Positions 62,449-64,000 of a stretch of DNA of 64,000 nt are shown in pieces (the stretch's first letter is position 1; the number at the start of each line of letters is the position of its first letter). This DNA is from Candidatus Latescibacterota bacterium (GTDB taxonomy: Bacteria > Latescibacterota > UBA2968 > GCA-2709665), in assembly GCA_963662665.2 (NCBI GenBank), contig CAXXJS010000016.1, positions 32,001 through 96,000 on the forward strand. The letters run 5' to 3'. The notes below the pieces were generated by a model that saw nothing but the letters and a program-made list of their open reading frames with translations, searched no databases and had not been told where the DNA came from. Made by a program: the position numbers and the translations under genes.

Positions 62449-63039
62449 CTATTGGAAGAACGGTTTAAAATCCTCAATAACGGCGAGTACGCCAAAGTAG
62501 GTGAACACCAGTCCACAAACGACATTCAGCGTAACGAGGAAAAAACCCATCCTGAACGGTTCGGGCAGATATTTGCGATCTGTCCATACCATGGCAAAGC
62601 ACCACGGCCCGGCCAACAGAACACCTGTAATATGAAGTGGGATCGTCATTATCGAACTCGGGTTCCAACCCACCCCCCGGGGATCCAGGGCTGCCGTCCA
62701 CCAAGCGTAGATCACGAGTCCGATCGCCGTAACGCCGGAGTAGAGGAGCGTCCGGAGGCGCATTCTGTCCAGGGTCAGATTCCGCCACTTCACCGACATG
62801 GATCGGACGCATTCGTGCGCCGTTCGCACGTAGAGTTCAAACGCGCCGTAAACCGTGCCGAAAATTGCTCCGCTGCGCGACGCCCAGACCGTTTCCCCGC
62901 TACCAATCGTCACCGAAGCGATGGCGGCGCCGGGGCCGAAGAACTTCAGGAAGTCCAGGACCCGCCGGGAGCGCAACTCCGGCGCCAATTCCGGAAAACG
63001 CCGCTCTTGTTCCTCAGGATTCACGATTGTCCCCTGCAT
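62449..63039 (-). pseudogene. Nramp-like transporter remnant with large in-frame internal deletion
   Basis: N-terminal GPG..IAS.TIGSGE..GA.FG joined directly to C-terminal TVYG.FE.Y.R..; only 196 aa. Confidence 0.65.
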
Positions 63040-63120
63040 GCCCGCGCTTCTGTGCGTAATCGTGACTTTGCTACCATTCCAGGCGCGAACACCGGCGCCC
63101 GTGGTCGATTCGGAAGTGAA

Positions 63121-63999
63121 TTACCTGATTGCGAACGGATTTCCCGGCGATCCGGTGGCTCCCTTAAGCCTCAGCGGCGCGAAAACGAACGCGAATTCGT
63201 AAGCTTCGTCTGCCGCCAGACCGTCCAGGTCCAGATTCTCCAGGATATAGACCCCGTTACGCTGGATCAGCAACTCGTGGACCCGGAACGCACCGTCCGC
63301 GTCTTCCCCGGGCACAGCCTCGACCGCCCATGTATCGGCGCCGACCATGACGATCTTCTTTTCAAGCAGCCACCGCGCGGCTTCAAGCCCAATGCCCGGC
63401 TGACCCGAGTTGTAGGTCTCATTGTCGACCATCCACAGTTTTCCGTGGCCCGTGCGGATCAGTACGATGTCGCCTTCCGTGACCGCCACGGCCTGCTTTT
63501 TCAAAGCCCCTTCGACGTCGGCCGCGGTAATCACGTAGCCGACTTCCAGCCGCTCCAGCCCCTTGTACTTCGCCACGTCCACCAGGACGCCACGGGTGAA
63601 GATAACACCGACGTTTTCAATTCCGAGTTTCTCCAGTCCGTAAGCCGTCCCTACCTCCGACCGTGTATATCCATTGTAGAATATGTCCTGATCGCCTCTA
63701 CGCGTACCGATATGACCCAATCCGTCGAACTGGGTCCCCACCTGGCCAATCTCGCCGCTGAACATCTCGTCGTACCAGATCAGCTGGTTTTCCCCGAGGG
63801 GGCCTCCGGTTGGCGACCCGGGAATGGTCAAACTGTAGTGACGGTTGCCGAATAACGGTATTCCCGGCTCGTACACGCGGCCAAGCTGGTAGGTCTTGCC
63901 CGCCTGGATCAGCCTCGCACCCTCCAATACCTTCCGCGGGGTCAGCCGGTTTGCCGCACCTCGCTGGTCTTCCGCTCCCCATTCCGACGGCCACCATTT
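63121..63999 (-). CDS. Cyclase family (kynurenine-formamidase-like) metal hydrolase, 5' end beyond the window
   Basis: WG..DQRGAAN, GTQFDGLGH, RGVL.D, GDIVLIRTG, VH..L...G..ILENL, GATGSP. Confidence 0.9.
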   Translation of the reverse strand, partial: KWWPSEWGAEDQRGAANRLTPRKVLEGARLIQAGKTYQLGRVYEPGIPLFGNRHYSLTIPGSPTGGPLGENQLIWYDEMFSGEIGQVGTQFDGLGHIGTRRGDQDIFYNGYTRSEVGTAYGLEKLGIENVGVIFTRGVLVDVAKYKGLERLEVGYVITAADVEGALKKQAVAVTEGDIVLIRTGHGKLWMVDNETYNSGQPGIGLEAARWLLEKKIVMVGADTWAVEAVPGEDADGAFRVHELLIQRNGVYILENLDLDGLAADEAYEFAFVFAPLRLKGATGSPGNPFAIR

Positions 64000-64000
64000 G

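Noticed and set aside
62452-63855. 467-aa plus-strand ORF and similar long antisense ORFs (2047-2955, 13932-14858, 54587-55615)
   Set aside because: Shadow ORFs opposite well-supported genes in GC-rich DNA, with no motifs

Overview
GC-rich bacterial chromosomal segment, mostly housekeeping genes (rel, mutS, mtaB, rpsA, plsC, cmk, scpAB, gcvH, accBC, efp, bioB, mnmG, smpB, rdgB, lepB, gcvPA/PB, ferritin, a sigma-70 factor) mixed with many small-molecule catabolic enzymes. The efp-accB-accC-gcvH order, the short sigma-70 and a C-terminal dockerin-like twin EF-hand tag suggest an FCB-superphylum organism such as Latescibacterota (inference only). Mobile DNA: one complete IS1380-family element with a TTAG target duplication and two copies of a ~155-bp MITE. 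Apparent decay or assembly error: +1 homopolymer frameshifts in gcvPA and iorA, and in-frame internal deletions in a RelE-like toxin and an Nramp-like transporter. The most unusual locus is 21109-24164 (minus strand): a TIGR02466-type 2OG-Fe(II) oxygenase, then a secreted extremely acidic protein (67 consecutive Asp, ~320 aa of Asp-Glu-Gly/Asn triplets, dockerin-like tail), then a stand-alone C-terminal domain of a vitamin-K-dependent gamma-glutamyl carboxylase. This may be a post-translationally modified Ca/mineral-binding surface protein system, but the functional link is a hypothesis. No rRNA, tRNA or CRISPR array was seen. All assignments come from motif recognition by eye; no database searches were run.
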